Assembly (NCBI GenBank): GCA_964035545.1
Contig: OZ037767.1
Coordinates: forward strand, 10,922,581 to 10,986,580
Length of the DNA: 64,000 nt
Direction of reading: 5' to 3'
From: Bugula neritina
Taxonomy: Eukaryota > Animalia > Bryozoa
The position numbers and the translations under genes were made by a program. Below the pieces are notes generated by a model, which did no database searches, had not been told where the DNA came from, and was given only the letters and a program-made list of their open reading frames with translations. Below are positions 16,978 through 30,200 of this stretch, one piece after another. Position 1 is the first letter of the stretch, and every line of letters starts with the position of its first letter.

Positions 16978-19900
16978 TTAATTAAAAAGCTGTCTTCTGG
17001 CAGCGTCGAAGTTTGCTGTATTGCACATTTTCACCACTGCTCGTCCTAACGTGCTGATGAAGGCATCATTGCTCTGTGCAAATCGTTGTACCTGCAAGAG
17101 AGATAAATGTACATCACTAGGTGGTGGCTTATTAACACAAGATAATTCTCAAAAGAAAAATCCCCTCTGATTATGAAAAGCACAAAACAAGCAATTAGAA
17201 GCAAGTTAAAGAATATTGCTAAAAGCAGCACCAAGATGAAGGTGGCTGAGTACAGTAGTTGTATACACAACCATGTCCAAACCCCAAACCACAACTCCAA
17301 ACTCAGGACACCTAAACCACTGCACTCTGTGACCACCAGATTGGTTCTGCTTCAAGTGATTTTCCAAGTCAAATACGTTTTAACCAGTAAACCAGCAATT
17401 TAATGTAATATTGAAGTACAAGTGGGGTTTATAGCCTTCCCACCCTTAAGTATTCACTTCTGCAACTGAAGCTAACAAAGTTCAGTTTGTTGACATTATA
17501 GAAGTGATCAGCTTTGCACATCACAGTATAGCCAAGTTATGATACAGTGAGAAGACAACTACTACTTACAGTATCTGAAGTAGTGGCTAGAGGGCAACCC
17601 ACAGTTGTCGGGCAACTTGCTACGTTATTTGAGTCAACTGTGAACCGATGTTGAAGAATCATGTCGGCGTGGAGCATCATAATGTTACCACCGCTCAGAG
17701 TGGTGCCGTTCCATTGGTTGGCTCTAAAATATTGAAATGTAATTATTATTAATTAGACCCTCATTAATTATAATAATATATAAACATGTTTATAGATATA
17801 ATTATGTTTATATGTTTTATTTTGGACCCTTTTTCTATTTATAATAGCGACTCTCGTCAAAATCAAGTCTCCTACTGTAGCTATTTATTTTTATTATTAT
17901 TATAAAATTCTTCCATGCAGTATGCCTATGTCCGAATTGTTTAAAACTGCATGTTTAAAATGGAGTAGAAACGTACTGCTGTAATTTGTAAGATTACATA
18001 TTCATTAAGCTTTAAATACATAATAATAAAATAAGTTATATTAGATTATATAAAGCACATAAGCATTAGAGAACTTTGCTAGTAAAAAGTTCATTTAGTC
18101 GACAATGATATGAAGAAAGATAAGATTTTATAAGATTATTATAAGATTTTAATTTACAGCTTGAAAGTTTTCTTCCCAATACACTTTCTAATGTATATCG
18201 CCAAAAAACTTGAAATTTACTAAACATATTTAATATAGTAGAGAAATAGCTGCTGGGGAATACCCATGGAGTTCAATTTGATATCTTAGTGATGCACCTT
18301 TGCCTTCTTATGTATTGTAACAGGCACGCTTGCTACACTAAAGACACGAGTCACTTCAAGATAAGTGGCCACTAAGTTTTCTAATGACAAAGATATCTTG
18401 CAGAAGGATGCAGCTGACTGGTAACATGATTTATATATGTGAGATTAGTGAGTCTACACCTACCCTGCCTCCTCCTGGAAATGTTGTGTCCACTCAACCT
18501 GAGTGAGGGCAGCAAAGTAGCCACGGTCTACCACTCGGGGTGTCAGGTCCCATGGCCCGTTGAAACCAGTGATGTCAACGTGAGCTCTACCCAAAGAATG
18601 GCTTCCTGCATACAAGAGAAGAACTGTGTTATCTGTTAGTGACTAGAAGACTTATCACAAACATGTGGTGGAAGTGCTGAAACAAGACTTGCGCAAATTC
18701 TTGAGGTATAGATGCGGTAGCGGGGAAATTGAGAAAAGCATGTGTATACTAATTTAAAGTGTACCAAAAGAAATTATTTTCTAGCAATAATACTAGAATT
18801 TATAAAAAATTTTACAGAACTTAGGGTATCTTAATTCCTCCACTACTACTCCTATAAAGAAAATTCCTATAAACAGTTACTTATAGACTGAAGGAAATGT
18901 GACTAGCGTACCTAGAAGAGCTACCATCTCACTCTCTGTTAAGCCGAACGCTTGCTGTAAGAATGTACGAGGGGAGGCAGCATCATGTCCTTTGGGGAAG
19001 ACGGTATTAGTTGGGGGACTCTCTGGGTTGGCGCATGTTCGCCGTCCAGTGGTGAAGGGAAGGTCAATAGAGCACTGGCCACCGTCACAACCTGTGTTAG
19101 CTCGAACTCCTGCTCTGAATGCCTCGTATGCACTGAGGACAGCAAAGTCTGCCAGGCTGAGGTGATTTCTCCACTTGGGAAACAGGTTGTCTTTAAGGTG
19201 GTTGTAGTGGACTATCAAACCTAAAAATAGATAATTAATCATTAAAATTATATTAGCAGTCGTATCAAGCTATTCCTGGTGTTGGCTGTATAAACGTGCT
19301 AAAATTAGTAACACATAGCATACCAGGGTAAGGATGTTAAGGTAAGTGCTACATTATTCATTGAGAGTTGATGAGGTGTAAATACCACTCGAACATGTCT
19401 CTAAATATTGCACTAGGAAGAGGAAATATTTCAAATTCATGAGTGTTGCAGTACCTGGTGGAACTACAATTTGTTTGTACCATGCGCTGCAAGTACAGAT
19501 AGCACTCATGGTATTGTTGTTGGCAATCTTTGCATTACGTCAACACCCACATTTAGCTCTTTTCCCACTTCACATTGAAGTAATTTTACAAAGTAACAAT
19601 TGCAATATTTATCAATTGAGATGTCAAAACGTTTTAGTTTTTATTGGTTAAAGGACAGGCACAGCATGGAGGGTTGTCATGGCAACACAACTACGACAGA
19701 TTAACTCTAGATTGGGGAAGAGATTATAGACTTGAAGTGCTTACCTTTATTTGAGTCGTCTGCGAGATTCAAACATCCATCACAACCTCCGACACACACG
19801 TGGAAACCCATCTGAACATACTTGGGTATTCTACTGGTCTATAAATAGAAAGGAATTATACTTAGGATAAAGGCACGGCAAGCTACAGACTTGCACAAAG

Positions 19901-21108
19901 GTTCAATTTAGGAAATGACAAAACACAGTCAGGATGTTGAAAGATTTTACTTATTTTTAGCAAAACCAAACTCTAACTATGTGGAGTATTTCACAAGCAA
20001 TTGCTTTCTCATTCACTAAGGAAAAAATTTAATGCATACACTCTCATTTCTTTCCAACTCCGGCATATCAAATTTTTTTAAATTTACAGAATCATTTTCA
20101 AAGCCTTTCAGATAAATTACATCATTCAACTTACATCTTGAAAGAAAACTTCAAGTTCTTGTCTTATTTCTGCGAGAGTTTCTGCAGTCAGCTGGGTACC
20201 AGCATTGCCATTATCAACAGGTGCTCCTGTCACAGGTGCCCCTGTCACAGGTGCCCCTGTCACAGGTGCAGCAGTAGCTGGAGCAGGTCTTCTGTTGTTA
20301 AGTATCTGTAAGAACTCTGTCAGATTTCTTCTCTCAGACGGGTTACCTGCTCTACCACTTACTCCTGGACCGACACCAATTCTTCTTAGCGCATCATCCA
20401 GCTGCTGTCTGCCGACCCAACCATTCCGCCCAGCCGTCCCTCTCCTTGGACCCCTGCTGACAGTGGTGGTGTCACTTTGACCGGATGTGGCTGATATAAA
20501 TATTGCCAGCAAGCAAATTGCTACACCACTCAAGTACCTACAGATGTAAGACAAGCATGCAATATAAAGATTTAATATTTATTATTTAGGTAAAGCTTAA
20601 AGGTTATTTCAGCAAAAATATTAAACATAGCTTATTCAATATACTAAGTTTAAAGTATTTAATATTGAGATGTTATGAAAAATCAAACATAATGCCTTTT
20701 TTGCATATTAGGATAAATCTTTTACTAGTATAGAGAGTAGAAGTGTTAAATGCCAGCTGTAAAACAAATGTCATATAAGTTTGATTCTAACGTTTGATTG
20801 CATCATTTCATTTTAAAGGCAAACTTTCAGATAACACTTCTATATGCTTGTAAAATTTTAGATCGTGTTATACATTGATTATACCACACAAATTCCTACT
20901 TAAACCTTAATATAAAACATTATTTTGGATGAAAATGAAGCTGTTAATATTATTATAATCAACAAATGACCATTCAAGTCAACAAAATGCAAAAAATAAT
21001 AATTTAGTTTCTAATTTAATCAAATAAAGGTGAATAAAAGCAAATGTTGTTTATAGAGAGAGTGCCAACTGCTATGTTTGAGTATGTAATCCCTTACCTC
21101 AGATTCAT
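16978..21108 (-). CDS. Secreted heme peroxidase, peroxidase-catalase superfamily, paralog 2
   Basis: Exons 21108-21098, 20537-20135, 19838-19745, 19220-18912, 18605-18464, 17723-17570, 17091-16978. Signal peptide MNLRYLSGVAICLLAIFISATSG; APVTG x3 linker; VQMGFHVCVGGCDGCLN; MVALLGSHSLGRAH; TGFNGPWDLTP; MMLHADMIL. Intron positions and phases in the catalytic domain match paralog 1 (94-nt and 114-nt exons in both). Confidence 0.9.
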
Positions 21109-22599
21109 GTTGCCTGCAGTGTAAGTTGGTCTACCTTAGCTGGTTCGTCGGGGTATGACAGTTAAATGAACTGATGTTTCCAGTTCCTAGTCTAATATAG
21201 GAGACCTAACGTAGCGCAGTTACGTCATTGGGTATATTAATTGCTTTGAGGGTGGCATTATCTCTCCCTGACATATCTACTCTATTCTTTAATCTGTTTC
21301 ACCTCCGGAAGAGATGAATAGCTAGTCTTTACGTTATAAATGTTAGAATTGATGAATGATCTTGCTTTGGCCTGGTATTAATGAATATATTACCACTAAT
21401 AAATCACGGCTAACTTTAGGCTTTTGTGGGCCGTGACGGAGCCACCCCACCAATCAAGCTATTTAGTAGTAGGTTTTACAGGCTAAGCAGGTGACTAACA
21501 ACTCTATTTGTGGCGTGCTACATCAATGGTACTGCTTTCCACGGTCAAACAGTCTGAATCTTGCACAGACAATCATACTGCATTCCGTGCAGCATTTCAC
21601 AAGCAATTTATTAGAAATTGTCAACTTATGACCTAGGTGCATAATATATTGTTTATAGAATAAAGGTTTTCCACTGAAGAGTAGAGAAATAAGAGATTAG
21701 TGGTAAAATTGATTAAAATAACCAACTATTGGATACAAGTAGATTTTTCTAGTTATCACATTTCTTCAGTAAAATTTCTATAAAAGTCTTTAGTTTGAGA
21801 AAAAACATTTGCATGATTATAGCTGCAGCTCAAAGCGACATAGACATGTAAATGCCAATCAATTAGGTATATATAGTAACATTGGCAGCCTCTGTTTGTC
21901 AATTGTTTTTACGAATTTTAGTTTGAGGATGGGTGGAAAATTTTGTATAAAAAGAACTTTTTTGCAATGTTGTTCATGTACACCAAAGGCTTTTTAAATG
22001 CATCCATTATTACACCTATACTTTTGCCAGCTTTGCCAATGTGCCACCCCTTTTATTTTAGTCTATGCTTTTGTAAGATGTTGAATGTTTTAAACAGATA
22101 TAATCTCAAAATCTTGAAGTAGGAAGCAGGGCCAAACAGATTTGCATGTAAGACATAATCTGTGTATACAATGACATGCTCAGAAATGTATTCTGTTTTG
22201 TAGGCTTTGTAAAGATGTCAAAAACCAAACCGTCATTTGAAGAACTCACAAAAGATGTAAAGGTCCAGTAGTAAGTCTTAAGATATACGTCTCCAGTAGT
22301 AAGTCTATTAAAGTAGTTTGAATATCAACTGAGAGCTGCAAGACTATCATCAATTATGAATGAATCATAAAAGAAATAGCATCTCTTCTTGAACAATTTT
22401 GCAATTATGCCTTGTTTATTTTTAGAACTGTTCATTAGGATTACTGTAACTTTCTAAGACTTATGGCGCAGGGCTCACACTTCTCTGGGACTCGGTGATA
22501 AATTGCATCTGTAAGCGTGTGTATTCGATGCCATTTAATACTGTACCTTTTGTAGAATCTGATCTGAAGAGGTTCTGATATTATTAAATACTGCGGTTA

Positions 22600-23005
22600 A
22601 TTTGCAGCCCAACTGTGACCTGTCACACTCTCTCTCAACCTCTACCACTGCCACCAGCATCTCAACCTCTCTACACAGTACACACCTTGCCACTCTCCAC
22701 TACTGTGTGTGGCCATAGACAGGTTACCTATCAGATGGCCGACGCCTGGAACTCTCTCCCAAAACATCTGAGGGAGATACGAAGTAGGAGTGAGTTTGCG
22801 GTGGCCTTGAAGCAGTTCCTGCTTGACTCACTGATTTAGGGTCCGCGTCATGCGGGCTCTGCTGGCTGCTACCTCTGGGTCCAGCACCTCGACTAGCTTC
22901 GCTATTGTGCATATGGACCCTCATCACTGATTTTTTTCTATTTTTCAACCTATGACATAAACTACTATTTGATGAAAATACAAACAAACAAACAAACAAA
23001 CAAAC
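22600..23005 (+). mobile_element. 3' end of a 5'-truncated CR1/L2-group LINE
   Basis: ORF fragment YQMADAWNSLPKHLREIRSRSEFAVALKQFLL matches the WNxLP...FKxxLK C-terminus typical of CR1/L2 ORF2, followed by a 3' UTR and an (AAAC)n tail. Confidence 0.7.
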
Positions 23006-23159
23006 CTGTGTTCACCTGCAAGACCTTGTATGTGTAAGTTGTGTGTATAACTATATATACTTTGAACTGCAATAAAGCAATACATGTATACAATATCATA
23101 GTTCAAATTTACATACTTGTATATAAATAAACAAACAACTTGTAGTGTACACCTATTCA

Positions 23160-23710
<551 letters not shown>

Positions 23711-26700
23711 AGCTGCGTTCTAGCTGTTGATAATAAAGTCTTTTCTGGCCCTCTTTTATAACATTTTTCTTTCCTTTAATATTCAACATACTTACCTTTG
23801 TTTATTGTTTACAGTAGAGGTAGAAATAGGTGCAGTAACAGAGAAGTTGAGAAAAGCCTGGGTTTTAGATTAGAAATGAAACAGAAGAAGTTATGTTCTC
23901 ACCCTAAACTAAAGTTTACTAATACATGGTATCTACACATTCCTATTACTAACTTATGTATGTTGCCCAGATATGTTCTCTAGGAGCTACACAGCAGATC
24001 TGAACTGTTGTATACTCTGTATGCTTCTCTACTGGTTGACTTTCTGTTGTCTGACTAACACATTGCCCATGGAAGAGCGGTGTATGGTGAAGGTTGCATT
24101 ATAATGAAATGCCGTTTTTTTGTTGACTAAATTAATCTGCAATGTACTAAGTGTGTAGGTGTTGGAGATAAATAAATAAAACAGCCCACATAATTCTGGT
24201 GTTTTTCTTGAATATACACCAGAACACTGGACTGAGAAGTCAATCAGAGTGTTTTTCAATCAGACAAGCCACAGCACAGTAGCTTGTCAGAGTCTTTTAA
24301 AATTAGAAACCATTTCTGAGTGAATGACTGTTATAGTTAGCTAATAGGTGGGGCAATAATTCTACAGCGCAAGGATAATTTTTTAACTTCCTCACAAAAT
24401 TTTTCCTTTTTCCTTAACAAAAACCATAGGAATTTCTTTCTATAATTTGAAGCAAACAGCTTTTTAGCCATGCAGAAATGCTTTGTTGTGACTTCTTTTA
24501 ATGCAGGAGACTTAGCAGTAGTTGAAAAACTAGTGTAATATGCTGCGTGGCATTATATCTTGTACAGTGTACAATTGCACATTGTATAGTGTATTTGTGT
24601 AGCATATATTGTAGAATGTATCTCATACTGTAGTGTACTTGGTGGAGTACACTACTACTGCGGAGTACAGCTTATAGTATTGAAAATAAATTATTTCTTC
24701 TTTGCTAAGCAGTTTTATTATTGGTCTATGCTTTCTGTTTGCAGTTCTTAAAATGTTGTCATCTGAGACTATTTAGAGTTGAACACAGTTTAACAGCTTC
24801 CGAAAACACCATATCTAAACACTTATCTAAGGCACGATCAACCTGCATTCTAAACCCGGATACACAACTCCAACATAAGAAATAGAGGATTAAAATGCTG
24901 AAATTGATCATTTGCCACTAGACAGAATATATTGCAAGCTAATAACAAATAATCTGAGATTTTAGTCTCCTACTTCCTCCCAAACAAGAACGCAAGTGTG
25001 AGCATTAGATTAGGAGTGCTATATTTACTGCGTAACTACTAATCCTTATCTTGGCAGGCCACCAAAATATACATTTACAAGCTTCTCAGCCAATACCAGA
25101 GATCTACTGAAGACGCACTCTATGCAATAACTGGAACAAGCTGTTACCAATGCACCAATTGTGTCCGTTATTTTGCTGAGTGTGGAAGAGAGACAGTCAA
25201 TTAAGTCAACACTACAGCCAGGATGTTACATATATGGCTATGCAATAGTTTCCTAATGAAACGGGCATTCACATCCGTAGCCCATACCTACTTCTTGCAA
25301 AGTATATCACCCTCCATCATTAAGTTTCGCTTGACTTAGTTACCACCTATGCATATTATTATGTTCTCTTCTTTAGTCACACTGGTTCTTTAATCTTTCT
25401 TTGAATCCAGCTGTTGAATTCACATGAAAAACAGCAAGGCAATGCAACGCAAGACATTGTGCATCATTAGGTGACAGGTGTATCAGTTCTTGCTAGTTTG
25501 AAATGTTGTGATTCGTGACTTATAACATGTAACACATGCATGTATGTATTATATCTTGTAAAGCATTTCTGTTTTAATTTGAATAATAGTGTTCTGTGAT
25601 GACCAACCATATTGCATTTTGCAAGAACGACTGCGTGTATGTTAGTGTATATGATGCATCAACTACTGCAATTCTCCCACAAACCACAAGTAAGCCAAGA
25701 TAGCCTACAGGCTGGGTGTATTCTGTGTATATTTAATGTAAATGGCAACCTATTTCCTTACTGATTCAGTTCTATTAATTATCTTTATCTACAGTGATCA
25801 CTGAATGGCACTGGTAATCCTAAATATATTATAGTATTATAATAATATACAACTAAACCACACCAACTTAAATAACATTGTCCCACACTGTGTGATGGAG
25901 GATCATTCACACTCCAAGACATAAACCAAGTTACCAAGAGAAGCAGTTAGGGGTGGAGGTAGCTACCTCCCTTCACTATGCCTACAGTTGCAGACCATTT
26001 TTCCAAAAATGATAGCCTGCATATATTTCTTTGGTATAGCTTTTACTTGATTATAAATATAGTAGGTAGCTTTTGCACATGCTTAATCTCTTTCAGCAGC
26101 TAGTACAGTGCCCCCCCCCCACCCCAGAGCATTAGGCGAGAGCCTCCTGAAGGCTATGAAAACAGAAAGGTTGTACATCTAATAGATGATTACAAATCTA
26201 GCTGTACTTAGCTAACAGCATGTCTCATTAAATCTTAAGGAAATCAATTAAACCATAATTTTCCGATGGGCAATAAAACAAGATTACAAACTACATGCTC
26301 CCCTCTGTTTTTTATCGTACAAGTATCAAATGTTGTGCAAGTTCTTAAAACTTTCAACTTTTTAAAAGCTTTTCAAATTTTTGTAAGCAAAATTAAAGCT
26401 GGTCATAATTTAGAAACTTGAAAAACTTTACAAAAAATGTGAGACAGAACTTTTTCTGTTGATTATGTATCCAGTGTTGCACACATTGTTTAGTAGATCA
26501 TTATTACCAACACAGAGCCGAAAGCTGGCAATTGTCAACAGCTATTGTTCAATTATTGGCAGCAAGCAGGTATTACAACGCATGGAAATGCTAATTGAAA
26601 GATCTTAAACTCTACTAATAAAGATAAAATCACATCACTTACTCTCTACTAGGCAACAAATGTGTGTGTGTGTACAACTAGACAACATAACCAAGAGATT

Positions 26701-27232
26701 GTTAATACAAGATAGCTCCAGCAGGTTTATATACCACAATGCTTCACACAACTTTACAACTATTGCCAATTTATTATACTCAAGGTAGAGTCAGAAAAAC
26801 AAGTTTAAACATTTATATGAAAATACTGATTGGAATTAAATTTAATGAAAAATAAACATATTTATGTTCTGAACGCAAAGATATATTGTAGCTGCGTTTA
26901 CATGCAATTAGTGTTAACTCTGAAAGGTGGAGAAGCTTAAAAATTTACATGATAGGATTAAGATCTGAAATTAATTTGATTTTTACAAACGTGGACAGTT
27001 ATTAGTGCACAATATAGTATTACTATATTTTAATAAACTCGTTGATATTAATATTTATCATTTAGATTAACTTATAAAAATAGCACAAAGACTATACAAG
27101 TTTATCACAGTTGTATATAAACAAAAGAGTGAGTTGACAGACACAAAATAATTATAATGCTTAATAAATATTACAGTACAAGCTATAGCATGTTATTCCT
27201 ATAGAGATTAGGTGGCTGGCAGGGTAAGACAA

Positions 27233-30200
27233 CTACTCTGTTTTCATACTATTCTGAGAGCTTTGACTGGTCAATTCTTCAAGCTTCTGCTCTTCCTCCA
27301 ATCTTAGTTGCTCTTGCAAGTCTTTCCTCCACTACAGTGTATCAAGCAACATCATTGGACAATATGATTCCATAGCAACCAAACATACTGCTAAACAATA
27401 AATCTGAGAACAATACCAGTACAGTACTGCTATGCTATCAATATACTTAACAGAGGGATGCAGAAGTAAACTTCATAGTTAATCTTATTCTTAGTAGAAA
27501 CTAATAATACTTAATAATTACAAACCATATAAGCTAATCAAGGAGAGAATGCAGACCAGTCTGTCTGCAGGTAAATTCTTGCTAGAGATGGCATTACCTA
27601 CACACTCTCAGCAACTAATCAGTATTTATAGTCTTACAAGTGAGTAGAAAATTTAGTAGGTGTTTTATTTGAAGTTTTAATATATTTCTGTTAATTTTAT
27701 TTACCATAAATATAAAATACAGCACAGTGTTTACTGGTTTGATATAAAGGTATTGTAACAGTAGATTACTTTATGATATTCACTAATAATACATTACAAT
27801 AACTAAATACATTGTCATAAGTTGCAATGTATTGCAATATATTGTTCTATATTGCAGTCTATTGTAACATACTAAATGCATTGTATTTCGCTGCATTATG
27901 TTATAATATTATATTGTAGTATATGTTATAATATTATATTGTAGTATATGTTATAATATTATATTGTAGTATATGTTATAATATTATATTGTAGTATATG
28001 TTATAATATTATATTGTAGTATATGTTATAATATTATATTGTAGTATATGTTATAATATTATATTGTAGTATATGTTATAATATTATATTGTAGTATATG
28101 TTATAATATTATATTGTAGTATATATTATAATATTATATTGTAGTATATGTTATAATATTATATTGTAATATATATTATAATATTATATTGTAGTATATT
28201 ATATTATATACCTGATCTTCAACTATTCTCATCAAGTCTTTGCTGGTTCTAGATTTAAAGTCTGGGATTGGAGGTTCATCGGTCAGCTTAGCCAATACCT
28301 TCTCTTCCCTGTTATACATTAAAATGTTCAATAACATTGGGAAGATAACTCCTGTTTATCAAATGCTGCATTGTTAAAAACATTATTGGTCGAAAGGTGT
28401 CTTCATACATATTATATGTTTTGTTTTGTAGCATAAAAAGGCCTTTTTCTACTCGAGAAGGTGATATACAGTGCGGTTCCATTACTTTGCATTATCCTAT
28501 GCTTGTACAGATGAATTTGTGGTTACGGTTTGCATTAACTTATGGTTGTAGGTTCATTCCATGCAACTGTTTTCAAAAATCAAATCAAAACTTGATTGGC
28601 ACAACACCAGTTTGGACACATAGTGATGAAATAACTAAACAACAACATAATACTATAAAGTATATTGTATAGCATACGGATTTGAGATAGGAAAAGTATT
28701 AAAAGTGCAATAGTCATTATTTTTAAAATAAAGTTTTGGAACTCATGAAAAATACCAAGCAGAGATCACCCAGTAAGCGATGACTCACCCAGCAAGGGAT
28801 GACTCACACAGTAAGGGATGACTCACTCAGTAAGAGATGACTCACACAGTAAGGGATGACTCACACAGTAAGGGATGGCTCACACAGTAAGAGATGACTC
28901 ACACAGCAAGAGATGACTCACCCAGTAAATGATTACTCACCTCAGAGTTGTTCTTATAACAGCTGGCTTTACAACTGGCTGCTTAGGCAGAGTCTTGCGG
29001 GGTGAAAGTTTTGGAACGAATGTAGTGAGAGCAAGTGGAGGCAAGTATCTCTTTGCTAATCCATCAGCCAGTCGATTGCCAGCATTACCAGCAAACAGTG
29101 AAGAGGTTGGAGATTTTTTTTTGTCACTGCTCTTGACAGTTACCTAGAGTTAGGTGTGTATGAGAAAAGTGAGCTGAGAGAAATTGTTGCCACCAAAAGA
29201 GCCTAATGAAAATTCAAAATGGTTGCAAATCAGTATGTTTTCAATTGGAGTACAGAAGTATTCACAAGTTTACAACATGTGTAAACATGCTCTAGTGATA
29301 AAATCTTTTGCAGAAATTAACAAAAAACAAGAACTGTTTGGAGATAGAAATGCATCGATTAGCTTCTCGATTTGCCAGTCGCATCTTGTGCGCCTCATTT
29401 TTAATTTTGTAAAATTTCAGTCAGAATTACGAATTTTGAGTAGCATGACAAAACAAGCCAGTAAGCCAGCATAATAAATAAGACTTTAAGGTTGTATGCC
29501 CTAAATAATTTCACAGCCATAAACACACAAACTACAGCAACCACAAACCTGTCCAACTTTTAGAGCCTCCAGTACCCTTTCATCAAATTCATGAGCACTG
29601 GCTTCTTGCAACGACCTCCATGCCAGATTATACAACCCATCGGCCATCTTGTCTCCCTTCAGATGACTGCAAATCTGTACCAGACCTTGTACGGCTGAGT
29701 ACCTGACACGCCACGACCAGTCTTGAGCAGGTGCTACAGGTATATATATTATATATGCATGTATGTATGTATGTGTGTATGTATGTATGTACGTGTGTAT
29801 GTATGTATGTATGTATGCATGCGTGTATGTATGTATGTGTGTATGTATGCGTGCGTGTATGTATGTGTGTATGTATGCGCATGTGTGCGTGTGCGCATGT
29901 GTGCGTGTGTGTATGTGTGCGTGTGTTGCATCTATACTACTAGCTCCACTAAGATTACATGGCTGATTGTTGACTAAGCAAGAGAAAAATTTCAAAATGC
30001 TTGAAATTTTGCAGATTATTAGCAAAATGTGAAAAACATGAGTTACAAGAGTATATATTGAAAAAAGTAACTTATACCAGAATGAATATGGTAATTTGAT
30101 GGTTTGTACTAGTTACAAAAGCTGACTAAGTGTGTTGAAAATAAAACATATTCATTCCACAACATGGTTGAAACAAGCTACAAGACGGAAGGAAAGATGT

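Noticed and set aside
25080-25500. Possible decayed transposase sequence
   Set aside because: Only vague motif resemblance; no frame could be supported.
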